A program made the translations under genes and the position numbers. A stretch of DNA of 51,486 nucleotides from Betaproteobacteria bacterium (GTDB taxonomy: Bacteria > Pseudomonadota > Gammaproteobacteria > Burkholderiales > SG8-39), in contig JBDTRO010000279.1 in assembly GCA_039931635.1 (NCBI GenBank), positions 1 through 51,486 of the forward strand, in the 5' to 3' direction. Below, in pieces: positions 9,595 through 16,268 of the stretch (positions are counted from its first letter, which is position 1; every line of letters begins with the position of its first letter). Below the pieces are notes generated by a model. That model was not told the origin of the DNA, ran no database searches, and saw nothing but the letters and a program-made list of their open reading frames with translations.

Positions 9595-10545
9595 TTACGT
9601 GTGCATCCTGATCGCGCCGCCGGCCGCCTTCCATCCCGAATGGCCGACATTCATGTACCGAGCGTCGAAGCCGGCGTCGCGCAGCGCGATCGCGGTCTTG
9701 CAGCCGACGTGGAAGCCGTAGGCGCAGTACACCACCACGGGCTTCTCCTTGGAGAGCTCGCCCATCCATTCCCCGACGCGCTCGGGATCGCGCCACTCCA
9801 CGCCGTCGGCGATGTCCTGCTGGCGCGAGACGAAATGCTTGGGCCGCGTGTCGATGAGCTGGACTTTGCCCTCTGCCAGCATCTCCCTGACTTCCTCGAC
9901 GCCAACACCCTGGATGTCGCCGAACTCAGGCTGCAGCAGCGGCCGCGGCGGCGCCGCCTTCGTCGCGTCCTCGTAGCGTTCCCCGATCCCCTGCCAGTCG
10001 ACATTGCGCAGAAACGTGTCGACATAGGCCTTCACGTTCGCGCCAAAATCGATGTGGTAGGCATGCTCATACATGTCGAGCGCAAGTATCGGGATGCCGC
10101 CCGCCACCGACTGGCTGTGATCTGCCGCGTACTGGTTGATGAGGCGCCCGTCGCGCGGCATCCAGGTGAGCAGCACCCAGCCGGAGCCGCCGCCGAGCGC
10201 ATAGCCCATGGCGGAGAATTCGGCGCGCCAGCGCTGCAAGGAGCCGAAGTCGCGCGCCAGCGCTTCGGACATCGGCGGGATCACCCTTCCTTCGCCGCCC
10301 ATGCTGGCGAAATAGAGCTCGTGCAAGAGCGTGGAATTAAGCGCTACCAGCTCCTCGCGCTTTAGCCCGTTGATGACGTTTACGGGCGCCTTGGCATAGT
10401 CGAGCGCTTCGAGCTGCTCGGTAATGGCGTTCAGGCGCCGCAGTGCGCCGCCGTAATTGTTCTCGTAGTGGCTCTCGATGAGTTTCAGCGATAGACCGCT
10501 GAGGGTCCAGGGACGGCAATGGATCTGTTTCAATTGATATTTCAT
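9595..10545 (-). CDS. Second Fe/Mn-SOD-like (ChrC-like)::rhodanese fusion protein
   Basis: Same architecture as 7823..8743: LIESHYENNYGG...LLHELYFAS...GSGWVLLTW...[15 protein letters not shown], then IDTRPK...WRDPERVGEW...VVVYCAYGFHVGCKTAIALRDAG. Strong SD GAGGAG lies 6 nt upstream and overlaps the OCD stop. Confidence 0.8.
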   Translation of the reverse strand: MKYQLKQIHCRPWTLSGLSLKLIESHYENNYGGALRRLNAITEQLEALDYAKAPVNVINGLKREELVALNSTLLHELYFASMGGEGRVIPPMSEALARDFGSLQRWRAEFSAMGYALGGGSGWVLLTWMPRDGRLINQYAADHSQSVAGGIPILALDMYEHAYHIDFGANVKAYVDTFLRNVDWQGIGERYEDATKAAPPRPLLQPEFGDIQGVGVEEVREMLAEGKVQLIDTRPKHFVSRQQDIADGVEWRDPERVGEWMGELSKEKPVVVYCAYGFHVGCKTAIALRDAGFDARYMNVGHSGWKAAGGAIRMHT

Positions 10546-10557
10546 CGCTTGCTCCTC

Positions 10558-11547
10558 TTAAGAAAAAGGAAATCGGGTTCCCGCGCCTGCATTGAGCGCG
10601 TGACGGTAAGTGGCAATCGCCGCAGCGACATCCTGGAGTCCGGTGCCTGTTGAATCGAATACGACGATCTCGTCGGTGGACATGCGCCCTTGCTTCCTGC
10701 CGCTCACCACTTCGCCGAGCTCAGCGTGAACATCGCCAGGAGTCATCGTTCCGGCGGCGATGGCATGATGGAGATCGCCGATCCTGCAAGCCTGCTCGGT
10801 CAGATCGGTGACGACGGTCGCCTGCGCCATCAGGTCGGGATCGATCTCCTGCTTGCTCTCGCTGTCCGCACCCACTGCGGCGATGAAGGTTCCGGGGCGC
10901 ACCATTTTCCTCGTCACGAAGAAGCGCTGAGCAGTGGTGCAGGTGACGACGAGGTCGCTCTGTCCCACGGCCTCAGCCAGGTTCGGCGCAGCCACGATCG
11001 GGATAGCGAGTTCCTTCCCGAGCGAGATGGCGAAGGCCGCCGCTTTGGCGGCGGCCTGGTCGTACGCCAGGACCTGGCGCGGCCTGCGCACCCGCAGCAG
11101 CGCGCGCAATTGAGCCGCCGCCTGTCCGCCGCACCCGCAAATCAGTGCCGTCCCGCATTCCTCCCGTGCCAGGTATTTCGCTGCCACGGCCGTTGCAGCA
11201 GCGGTGCGCAGCGCTGTAATGGAGATCGAATCCATGATTGCGAGCGGCGCGCCATTGCCGGCATCGGAGAGGATCACGGCGCCCTGGATCGTTGGGAGTC
11301 CGTTGCGGATCGCATTCTGCGGGAAGTTGGCATTGAGCTTGGCGGCAAAGTACGGCCGGTCAAGCGCCAGAAATCCGGCCTTGACGTGAAATCCACCATC
11401 CCCGGAGTGCATGCCCAGGATTCCCGGCGGCGGTACCTGGCCGAGCGCGAGCTGCCTGAAGGCGTCCTCGACCGCGGCTATGCATGCATCCGGTGTAAGG
11501 AGCCGCTCGACGTCGCCCCGTGACAGCAGCAGTGTTCCGTTGTTCAT
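10558..11547 (-). CDS. Ornithine cyclodeaminase / mu-crystallin family protein
   Basis: 329 aa, with a Rossmann segment LICGCGGQAAAQLRAL and family-typical ITALRTAAATAVAAKYLA and IAAVGADSESKQEID. It is the first gene of the minus-strand chr operon. Confidence 0.8.
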   Translation of the reverse strand: MNNGTLLLSRGDVERLLTPDACIAAVEDAFRQLALGQVPPPGILGMHSGDGGFHVKAGFLALDRPYFAAKLNANFPQNAIRNGLPTIQGAVILSDAGNGAPLAIMDSISITALRTAAATAVAAKYLAREECGTALICGCGGQAAAQLRALLRVRRPRQVLAYDQAAAKAAAFAISLGKELAIPIVAAPNLAEAVGQSDLVVTCTTAQRFFVTRKMVRPGTFIAAVGADSESKQEIDPDLMAQATVVTDLTEQACRIGDLHHAIAAGTMTPGDVHAELGEVVSGRKQGRMSTDEIVVFDSTGTGLQDVAAAIATYRHALNAGAGTRFPFS

Positions 11548-11602
11548 GGGGACAGAGCGTAGTCAGTCGCCCGAGCTTCGTCCAGAGGGTTTGGCTAGTT
11601 AT

Positions 11603-11620
11603 TATCACTAATATGTGATA
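11603..11620. promoter_or_regulatory. Perfect inverted repeat TATCAC-N6-GTGATA in the chrB / chr-operon divergent promoter region (candidate operator)
   Basis: TATCACtaatatGTGATA read directly from an AT-rich 84-bp spacer, 12 nt upstream of the chrB ATG (11632). It is flanked by -10-like hexamers (TAATAT, TATAAC). Confidence 0.5.
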
Positions 11621-11631
11621 TCTATAACACA

Positions 11632-12588
11632 ATGACTATTCTCGATGCGCTGATTCTCAGTCTGCCGACCCGGAACTCGACCGTCCGCATGCGCGCATGG
11701 CGCGCCCTGAAAGACTCTGGCTGCGGCGTGCTGCGAGACGGTGTCTATGTCCTGCCCGCCAGCGCGGTGGCAAACGCCGCACTCGGGGAGGTTGAATCGG
11801 ACATCCGTTCAAGCGGTGGCTTCGCCATGCGGGTCGAGCTGCACCTCAAGACCGACGAGCAGCGCGCGCATCTGCGCGGCCTTTTCGATCGCAGCCCCGA
11901 CTACGCGGCGCTGCTTGGCGAGATCAAGGACGCTCGCGCACGACTTCGGCGTCTCGGTCCGCGCAAGGCGCAAACCTGCGTCCACCGGTTGCAGCGCCAG
12001 TTCGACAAGCTTGCTGCCGTTGACTTCTTTCCCGGCGCGGCGAAAACCCAGGCGGCAGACGCCATCGCGACGCTGAAAAGAGATTATCGGGAGACTTACG
12101 CGCAGGGCGAACCGCGCGTATCCCGCCGGCGGCTGCGACCGGCCGATCGGGCGAAATACGAGACCCGCACCTGGGCGACACGTAAGGATCCGTGGGTAGA
12201 CCGCCTCGCAAGCGCATGGCTCATCAAACGATTCATCGATCCTGCTGCGCGGTTCGTCTGGCTCGATCGTCCGAGCAACCTGCCGCGCAAAGCGGTCGGA
12301 TACGACTTCGACGGCGCTGAATTCACCCATGTCGGAAACCGCGTGACTTTCGAAGTGCTCATGGAAACCTTTGGTCTGGACAAGGACCCGGCGCTTGCCG
12401 CCATCGCCGCGTCCGTGCACTTCCTCGATGTGGGCGGCGCCACTGCGGCAGACGCCAAGGGCCTGGAAACTGTCCTCAAGGGAGTGAAGGAGAAAGCCCG
12501 CAATGACGATGCGATGCTCGCCGAGGCAGTCCGCATCTTTGACCACTTTTATTCGGCGTACGCAGAGAGAAAATCCGTTTCCGCCTAA
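11632..12588 (+). CDS. chrB: Chromate resistance regulator ChrB (N and C domains)
   Basis: 318 aa. The N-terminus LILSLPTRNSTVRMRAWRALKDSGCGVLRDGVYVLP and the C-domain WATRKDPWVDRLASAWLIKRFIDP...FDGAEFTHVGNRVTFEVL are typical of ChrB. It is divergent from the chrA-containing operon. Confidence 0.85.
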   Translation: MTILDALILSLPTRNSTVRMRAWRALKDSGCGVLRDGVYVLPASAVANAALGEVESDIRSSGGFAMRVELHLKTDEQRAHLRGLFDRSPDYAALLGEIKDARARLRRLGPRKAQTCVHRLQRQFDKLAAVDFFPGAAKTQAADAIATLKRDYRETYAQGEPRVSRRRLRPADRAKYETRTWATRKDPWVDRLASAWLIKRFIDPAARFVWLDRPSNLPRKAVGYDFDGAEFTHVGNRVTFEVLMETFGLDKDPALAAIAASVHFLDVGGATAADAKGLETVLKGVKEKARNDDAMLAEAVRIFDHFYSAYAERKSVSA

Positions 12589-13619
12589 GCTGCCCGCTTT
12601 CGCGGACGCGGTTGTTTCAGCCATGTGAGCGCCGCGCCCAATTCCTCCCGATCGCCGGCATTGGCGGCATCGTAGCCGGCGAGCTGCAACGCTTCCTTCT
12701 GGAATCCGCTGCTGCGCATCGCAGCGAGCAGCAGCTGCAACGGCGGCTCGCGGAAAGTCTTGCGCTGGAGCGCCAGATAGTAACGTTCGGTGGCGAGCGG
12801 AACAAACTCGAGGCTATAGCGTGCCGCGGCCGCGCGCAGCCCGAAGCCTGCGTCCGCGCGTCCATCCGCGACCGCGGCTGCGACCGCCAGATCCACGTCG
12901 TCATGCGGGCCTGGGCCCGGCGGCCGGTTCATGAAGCGCAGGCCGGCGCGCGCGAGGTCGCGAACGCCGCGCACCCGCACGCCAGGGCGGACGATGATGC
13001 CTTGCTCGCGGGTCACGAAATGCAGCAACTGGTGCCGCTGCGGATCGAGCCAGCGTCCGAGCGCGGCGGCGGCGGCGGCGGCGCGCGGCAGGGCGTCGGC
13101 AACATGGAATCCCGCCAGGTCGCATTCCCCCCGCGCCAGCGCGGCGAGGCATTCGTCGGCGCCCCGGAAGGCGATGTCCAGGCGCAGGCGCGGCGCGCAT
13201 AGCCGCGCGAGCACGGGAAGGGCCAGGTCGTGGCTCGCACGCAGGGAAAGATGCGATGCCTGTCCGGGCCCCGCGCCTGCGAGCATCTCCTGCACCTCCC
13301 GGCGCAGCCGTTCCAGTTGCGCGTCGAGAGTAGTGCGCACGTGAGCATCCGCTGCCAGGAGTTTGCGACCGTAGTCCGTGAGACGCGCGCCCTTGCCCCG
13401 TTGCATATCCACAAGCGGAAAACCCAGCGCGCGCGCGCCGGCGCCCAGCAGTCCCCAGGCGTGACGGTAGGAAAGACCTGCCGCATGCGCGGCTTCGCGC
13501 AACGAGGCGGCACGCGAGAGCGCCGAAAGCAGGGCGAGCAGCGCCTGGCCGTGGCGGGGCGACAGGCCTTCGCCCGCGAGCCAGCTTGGCTTCAGGTCAA
13601 TGTCCGGGCTTATATGCAA
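12585..13619 (-). CDS. ModE-type winged-helix DNA-binding domain fused to a periplasmic-binding-protein-like sensor domain (TunR-like tungstate/molybdate regulator)
   Basis: The N-terminus ...ASLREAAHAAGLSYRHAWGLL...GFPLVDMQRGKGARLTDYGRKLL resembles the ModE N-domain. The C-terminal ~230 aa are PBP-like (no Mop domains). The TTG start at 13619 is the only start in frame near the spacer. Divergent from tupBCA. Confidence 0.7.
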   Translation of the reverse strand: MHISPDIDLKPSWLAGEGLSPRHGQALLALLSALSRAASLREAAHAAGLSYRHAWGLLGAGARALGFPLVDMQRGKGARLTDYGRKLLAADAHVRTTLDAQLERLRREVQEMLAGAGPGQASHLSLRASHDLALPVLARLCAPRLRLDIAFRGADECLAALARGECDLAGFHVADALPRAAAAAAALGRWLDPQRHQLLHFVTREQGIIVRPGVRVRGVRDLARAGLRFMNRPPGPGPHDDVDLAVAAAVADGRADAGFGLRAAAARYSLEFVPLATERYYLALQRKTFREPPLQLLLAAMRSSGFQKEALQLAGYDAANAGDREELGAALTWLKQPRPRKRAA

Positions 13620-13691
13620 AAGATTACCTATTTATTCTTCCGCTGCTGTTCGCATACAGTGATGTTGTCTCAATTAATATGCAAATGCAAA
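13612..13691. promoter_or_regulatory. Direct repeats of ATATGCAAA in the regulator / tupB divergent spacer (candidate regulator sites)
   Basis: ATATGCAAA occurs at 13612..13620 (overlapping the TTG start of the regulator) and again at 13677..13685. A third ATGCAAA follows at 13685..13691. The spacer is visibly AT-rich. TAATAT (13675..13680) is -10-like. Confidence 0.3.
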
Positions 13692-13698
13692 CATAAGT

Positions 13699-14349
13699 AT
13701 GGATACGCTCGGCCAGATTGTTGCCCTGAGCCTCGCGGTGAGCCTTTCGGCTGTGCTGCTGGCGGCGTTGATCGGATTGCCACTGGGCGCCGCCATTGCC
13801 GTCGGGCGCTTTCCCGGCCGGCGCGCGCTGATCGTGCTGCTCAATGCATTGATGGGGCTGCCACCGGTTGTGGTCGGGCTGCTGGTCTACCTGCTCCTGT
13901 CGCGGGCTGGACCGCTGGGGGAAATGGGATTGCTGTTTACGCCGCCGGCAATGGTGATCGCGCAAACCCTCCTGGTGCTGCCGATCATCGCCGCGCTTTG
14001 CCGTCAGTCGGTGGAAGACGCCTGGGTCGAGTACGAGGAGCAACTGCGTTCGCTGGGCGCCCACGGCCTTCGCGCCGCCGTGACCCTGGTCTGGGATATC
14101 CGCTTTTCCCTGGTGACCGTGGTACTCGCCGGGCTGGGGCGGGCGCTCGCCGAAGTGGGCGCGGTAATCATCGTTGGCGGCAACATCGATGGCGTCACGC
14201 GCGTAATGACCACCACCATCGCGCTCGAGACCTCGAAGGGCGATCTGCCCCTTGCGTTGTCGCTCGGCTTCATTCTTATTTCGCTGGTGATCCTGCTGAA
14301 CGCAGCGGCCCATCTCATCAAGGAAGCCGCGCAGCGGCGCTACGGCTGA
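13699..14349 (+). CDS. tupB: Tungstate ABC transporter permease (TupB-like)
   Basis: 216-aa ABC permease with five hydrophobic helices and an EAA-like loop. Its stop overlaps the start of the ATPase gene (14349). Confidence 0.8.
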   Translation: MDTLGQIVALSLAVSLSAVLLAALIGLPLGAAIAVGRFPGRRALIVLLNALMGLPPVVVGLLVYLLLSRAGPLGEMGLLFTPPAMVIAQTLLVLPIIAALCRQSVEDAWVEYEEQLRSLGAHGLRAAVTLVWDIRFSLVTVVLAGLGRALAEVGAVIIVGGNIDGVTRVMTTTIALETSKGDLPLALSLGFILISLVILLNAAAHLIKEAAQRRYG

Positions 14350-15077
14350 TGGCGGCCTCCGGGAGCATCCTGCCCTTGTCGCTGCGCGGCGTTCGTTTTG
14401 CCGCCGGCGGGCGCAACATCATCGACGGCATGTCGGCCACAATCGGCGCCGGGCCGGCGACCATCATCCTGGGCGCCAATGGCGCCGGCAAGAGCGTGCT
14501 GATGCGACTGATGCATGGCCTGCTGCAGCCGACGTCGGGAGAAATTGCCTGGCGCGCCCAGGACGCGGAGCGGGTGCGGCGTGGGCAGGCGATGGTGTTC
14601 CAGCGGCCGGTGCTGCTGCGCCGTTCGGCACTTGCCAACATCCTCTATGCGCTGGAACTCGCGCGCGTCCCGGCTGCGGAATGCGCGCGGCAGGCGATGG
14701 ACGCGCTGCGCGAAGTTGGCCTTGCCGACGTGGCGCACCGGCCGGCGCGCGTCCTCTCCGGCGGCGAACAGCAGCGCCTTGCGCTGGCGCGCGCCTGGGC
14801 GCTGCACCCCGAAGTGCTGTTCCTGGATGAGCCGACCGCGAACCTGGATCCCGGCGCGACGCGCGAGATCGAAAGCGTGATCAAGGCGTTCGACGCGTCC
14901 GGAACCAAGATCGTCATGTCGACACACAACCTCGGCCAGGCGCGCCGGCTCGGCGACGAAGTGCTGTTCATCCATCAGGGGCGTCTGGTCGAGAGCGCGC
15001 CGGTGGATGCATTTTTCGGCGAACCCGCCTCCGCTGAAGCGGCAGCGTTCGTCAAAGGAGAACTGCCTTGGGTCTAG
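14349..15077 (+). CDS. tupC: Tungstate ABC transporter ATP-binding protein (TupC-like)
   Basis: Internal ATG at 14349 of tracked ORF 13230..15077 (TGATG overlap with tupB). Walker A GANGAGKS, signature LSGGEQQRLALARA, Walker B VLFLDEPT. The 373 codons upstream in the tracked ORF run antisense to the regulator and are spurious. Confidence 0.85.
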   Translation: MAASGSILPLSLRGVRFAAGGRNIIDGMSATIGAGPATIILGANGAGKSVLMRLMHGLLQPTSGEIAWRAQDAERVRRGQAMVFQRPVLLRRSALANILYALELARVPAAECARQAMDALREVGLADVAHRPARVLSGGEQQRLALARAWALHPEVLFLDEPTANLDPGATREIESVIKAFDASGTKIVMSTHNLGQARRLGDEVLFIHQGRLVESAPVDAFFGEPASAEAAAFVKGELPWV

Positions 15078-15877
15078 TCGTGAAGTTCGTGCTTGCGTCG
15101 CTGCTTTGTACCCCGGTCTACGCGCAGCAGAGATTCATAACAGTCGCATCCACGACCTCAACCGAGCAGTCGGGCCTTTTCAAGTACCTGCTGCCACTGT
15201 TCGAGAACAAGACCGGCATCCAGGTGCGCGTGGTTGCGCTGGGTACGGGTCAGTCGCTCGACATGGGCAGGCGCGGCGACGCAGACGTGGTGTTTGTCCA
15301 TGCCAAGCCGCTCGAGGAGAAGTTCGTCGCCGATGGCTTCGGTGTGCAGCGCTTCGAGGTCATGTACAACGACTTCGTGCTGGTCGGACCGAAGTCCGAT
15401 CCGGCGAAGGTGGGCGGCAGCAAGGACATCGTTACGGCGCTGCAGAAGATCCGGGGCGCGCAGGCGCCATTCGCCTCGCGAGGCGACAAGAGCGGCACGC
15501 ATTTCGCCGAGCTCGAACTCTGGCAAGCCGCCGGCATCGATATCGCTAAGGACAAGGGACCGTGGTACCGGGACACCGGTTCCGGCATGGGCCCGACGCT
15601 CAATACTGCGTCTGGAATGAATGCGTATGCGCTCGCGGACCGGGGAACGTGGCTGTCGTTCAAAAACCGCGGCGCGCTGGTCATCTCCGTGGAGGGCGAC
15701 CGGCGTCTGTTCAACCAGTACGGCGTGATCCTGGTGAATCCGGCGAAGCATCCCCACGTGAAAAGAGAAATGGGCCAGGCCTTCGTCGATTGGGTGATTT
15801 CGCTTGAAGGACAGAACGCCATTGCGTCCTACAAAATCGGTGGCGAGCAGCTATTCTTCCCGAATGCGGCGAACTGA
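15068..15877 (+). CDS. tupA: Tungstate ABC transporter substrate-binding protein (TupA-like)
   Basis: Signal peptide ...LASLLCTPVYAQ, then ITVASTTSTEQSGLFKYLLPLFE, GTGQSLDMGRRGDADVVFVHA and RGDKSGTHFAE, typical of TupA/WtpA-type binding proteins. TTG start with GGAG 7 nt upstream, overlapping the tupC end. Confidence 0.8.
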   Translation: MGLVVKFVLASLLCTPVYAQQRFITVASTTSTEQSGLFKYLLPLFENKTGIQVRVVALGTGQSLDMGRRGDADVVFVHAKPLEEKFVADGFGVQRFEVMYNDFVLVGPKSDPAKVGGSKDIVTALQKIRGAQAPFASRGDKSGTHFAELELWQAAGIDIAKDKGPWYRDTGSGMGPTLNTASGMNAYALADRGTWLSFKNRGALVISVEGDRRLFNQYGVILVNPAKHPHVKREMGQAFVDWVISLEGQNAIASYKIGGEQLFFPNAAN

Positions 15878-16232
15878 CCGGACGCGGTATCGCGGCCTGA
15901 CCCTGCGGGTGCTCGCCAGGTCCGGCGCCGCGATGGGGCCGGGCAAGGCGGAGCTCGTCGAGCGCATCGGCGGGACCGGGTCGATCTCCGCGGCGGCGCG
16001 GGAGATCGGCATGTCGTACCGGCGCGCCTGGCAGCTCGTCGAATCGCTGAATGCGGATTTTCGCGAACCGGTCGTGGAGACGGCAACCGGGGGCGCGCGT
16101 GGCGGCGGGGCGCGCGTGACGCCGTTCGGCGCACGCGTCGTGGCGCAGTTCCGGGCAATGGAGCATAAGGCCTCGAAAGCGGTCGCCGCCGACCTGAAGC
16201 GCTTCGCCAGCCATCTGGGAAGGAAAAAGTAA
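15864..16232 (+). CDS. ModE N-terminal-domain-only DNA-binding protein (no Mop domains)
   Basis: Internal ATG 15864 of ORF 15804..16232, overlapping the tupA stop by 14 nt. MGPGKAELVERIGGTGSISAAAREIGMSYRRAWQLVESLN...ATGGARGGGARVTPFG matches the ModE wHTH signature (GSIS..A...G.SY..AW....TGG..GGGA). 122 aa. Confidence 0.75.
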   Translation: MRRTDRTRYRGLTLRVLARSGAAMGPGKAELVERIGGTGSISAAAREIGMSYRRAWQLVESLNADFREPVVETATGGARGGGARVTPFGARVVAQFRAMEHKASKAVAADLKRFASHLGRKK

Positions 16233-16244
16233 TCGCGCCGGCTT

Positions 16245-16268
16245 CGTTATATTCCGTGGTATATAACG
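16245..16268. promoter_or_regulatory. ModE-type operator (Mo box): CGTTATAT-N8-ATATAACG
   Basis: Perfect 8-nt inverted arms. It matches 17/18 specified positions of the remembered consensus CGnTATATA-N6-TATATAnCG and the TATAT-N7-TAYAT core. It ends immediately before the TTG(16269)/ATG(16272) of the TauE gene. Confidence 0.8.

Noticed and set aside
8767-10365. 532-aa plus-strand ORF antisense to the chr operon genes
   Set aside because: Same shadow-ORF composition. It spans three well-supported minus-strand genes and their intergenic gap.
13620-13698. Possible Moco riboswitch or ModE box upstream of tupB, and a Moco riboswitch upstream of the moa genes
   Set aside because: The spacers (79 bp here, 36 bp at 16233..16268) are too short for a ~130-nt Moco riboswitch. 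No CGnTATATA-N6-TATATAnCG-like dyad is present at tupB.
13230-14348. Long N-terminal extension of the tupC ORF (13230..15077)
   Set aside because: It is antisense to the regulator and overlaps tupB in another frame. The ABC ATPase domain begins at the internal ATG 14349, which overlaps the tupB stop.
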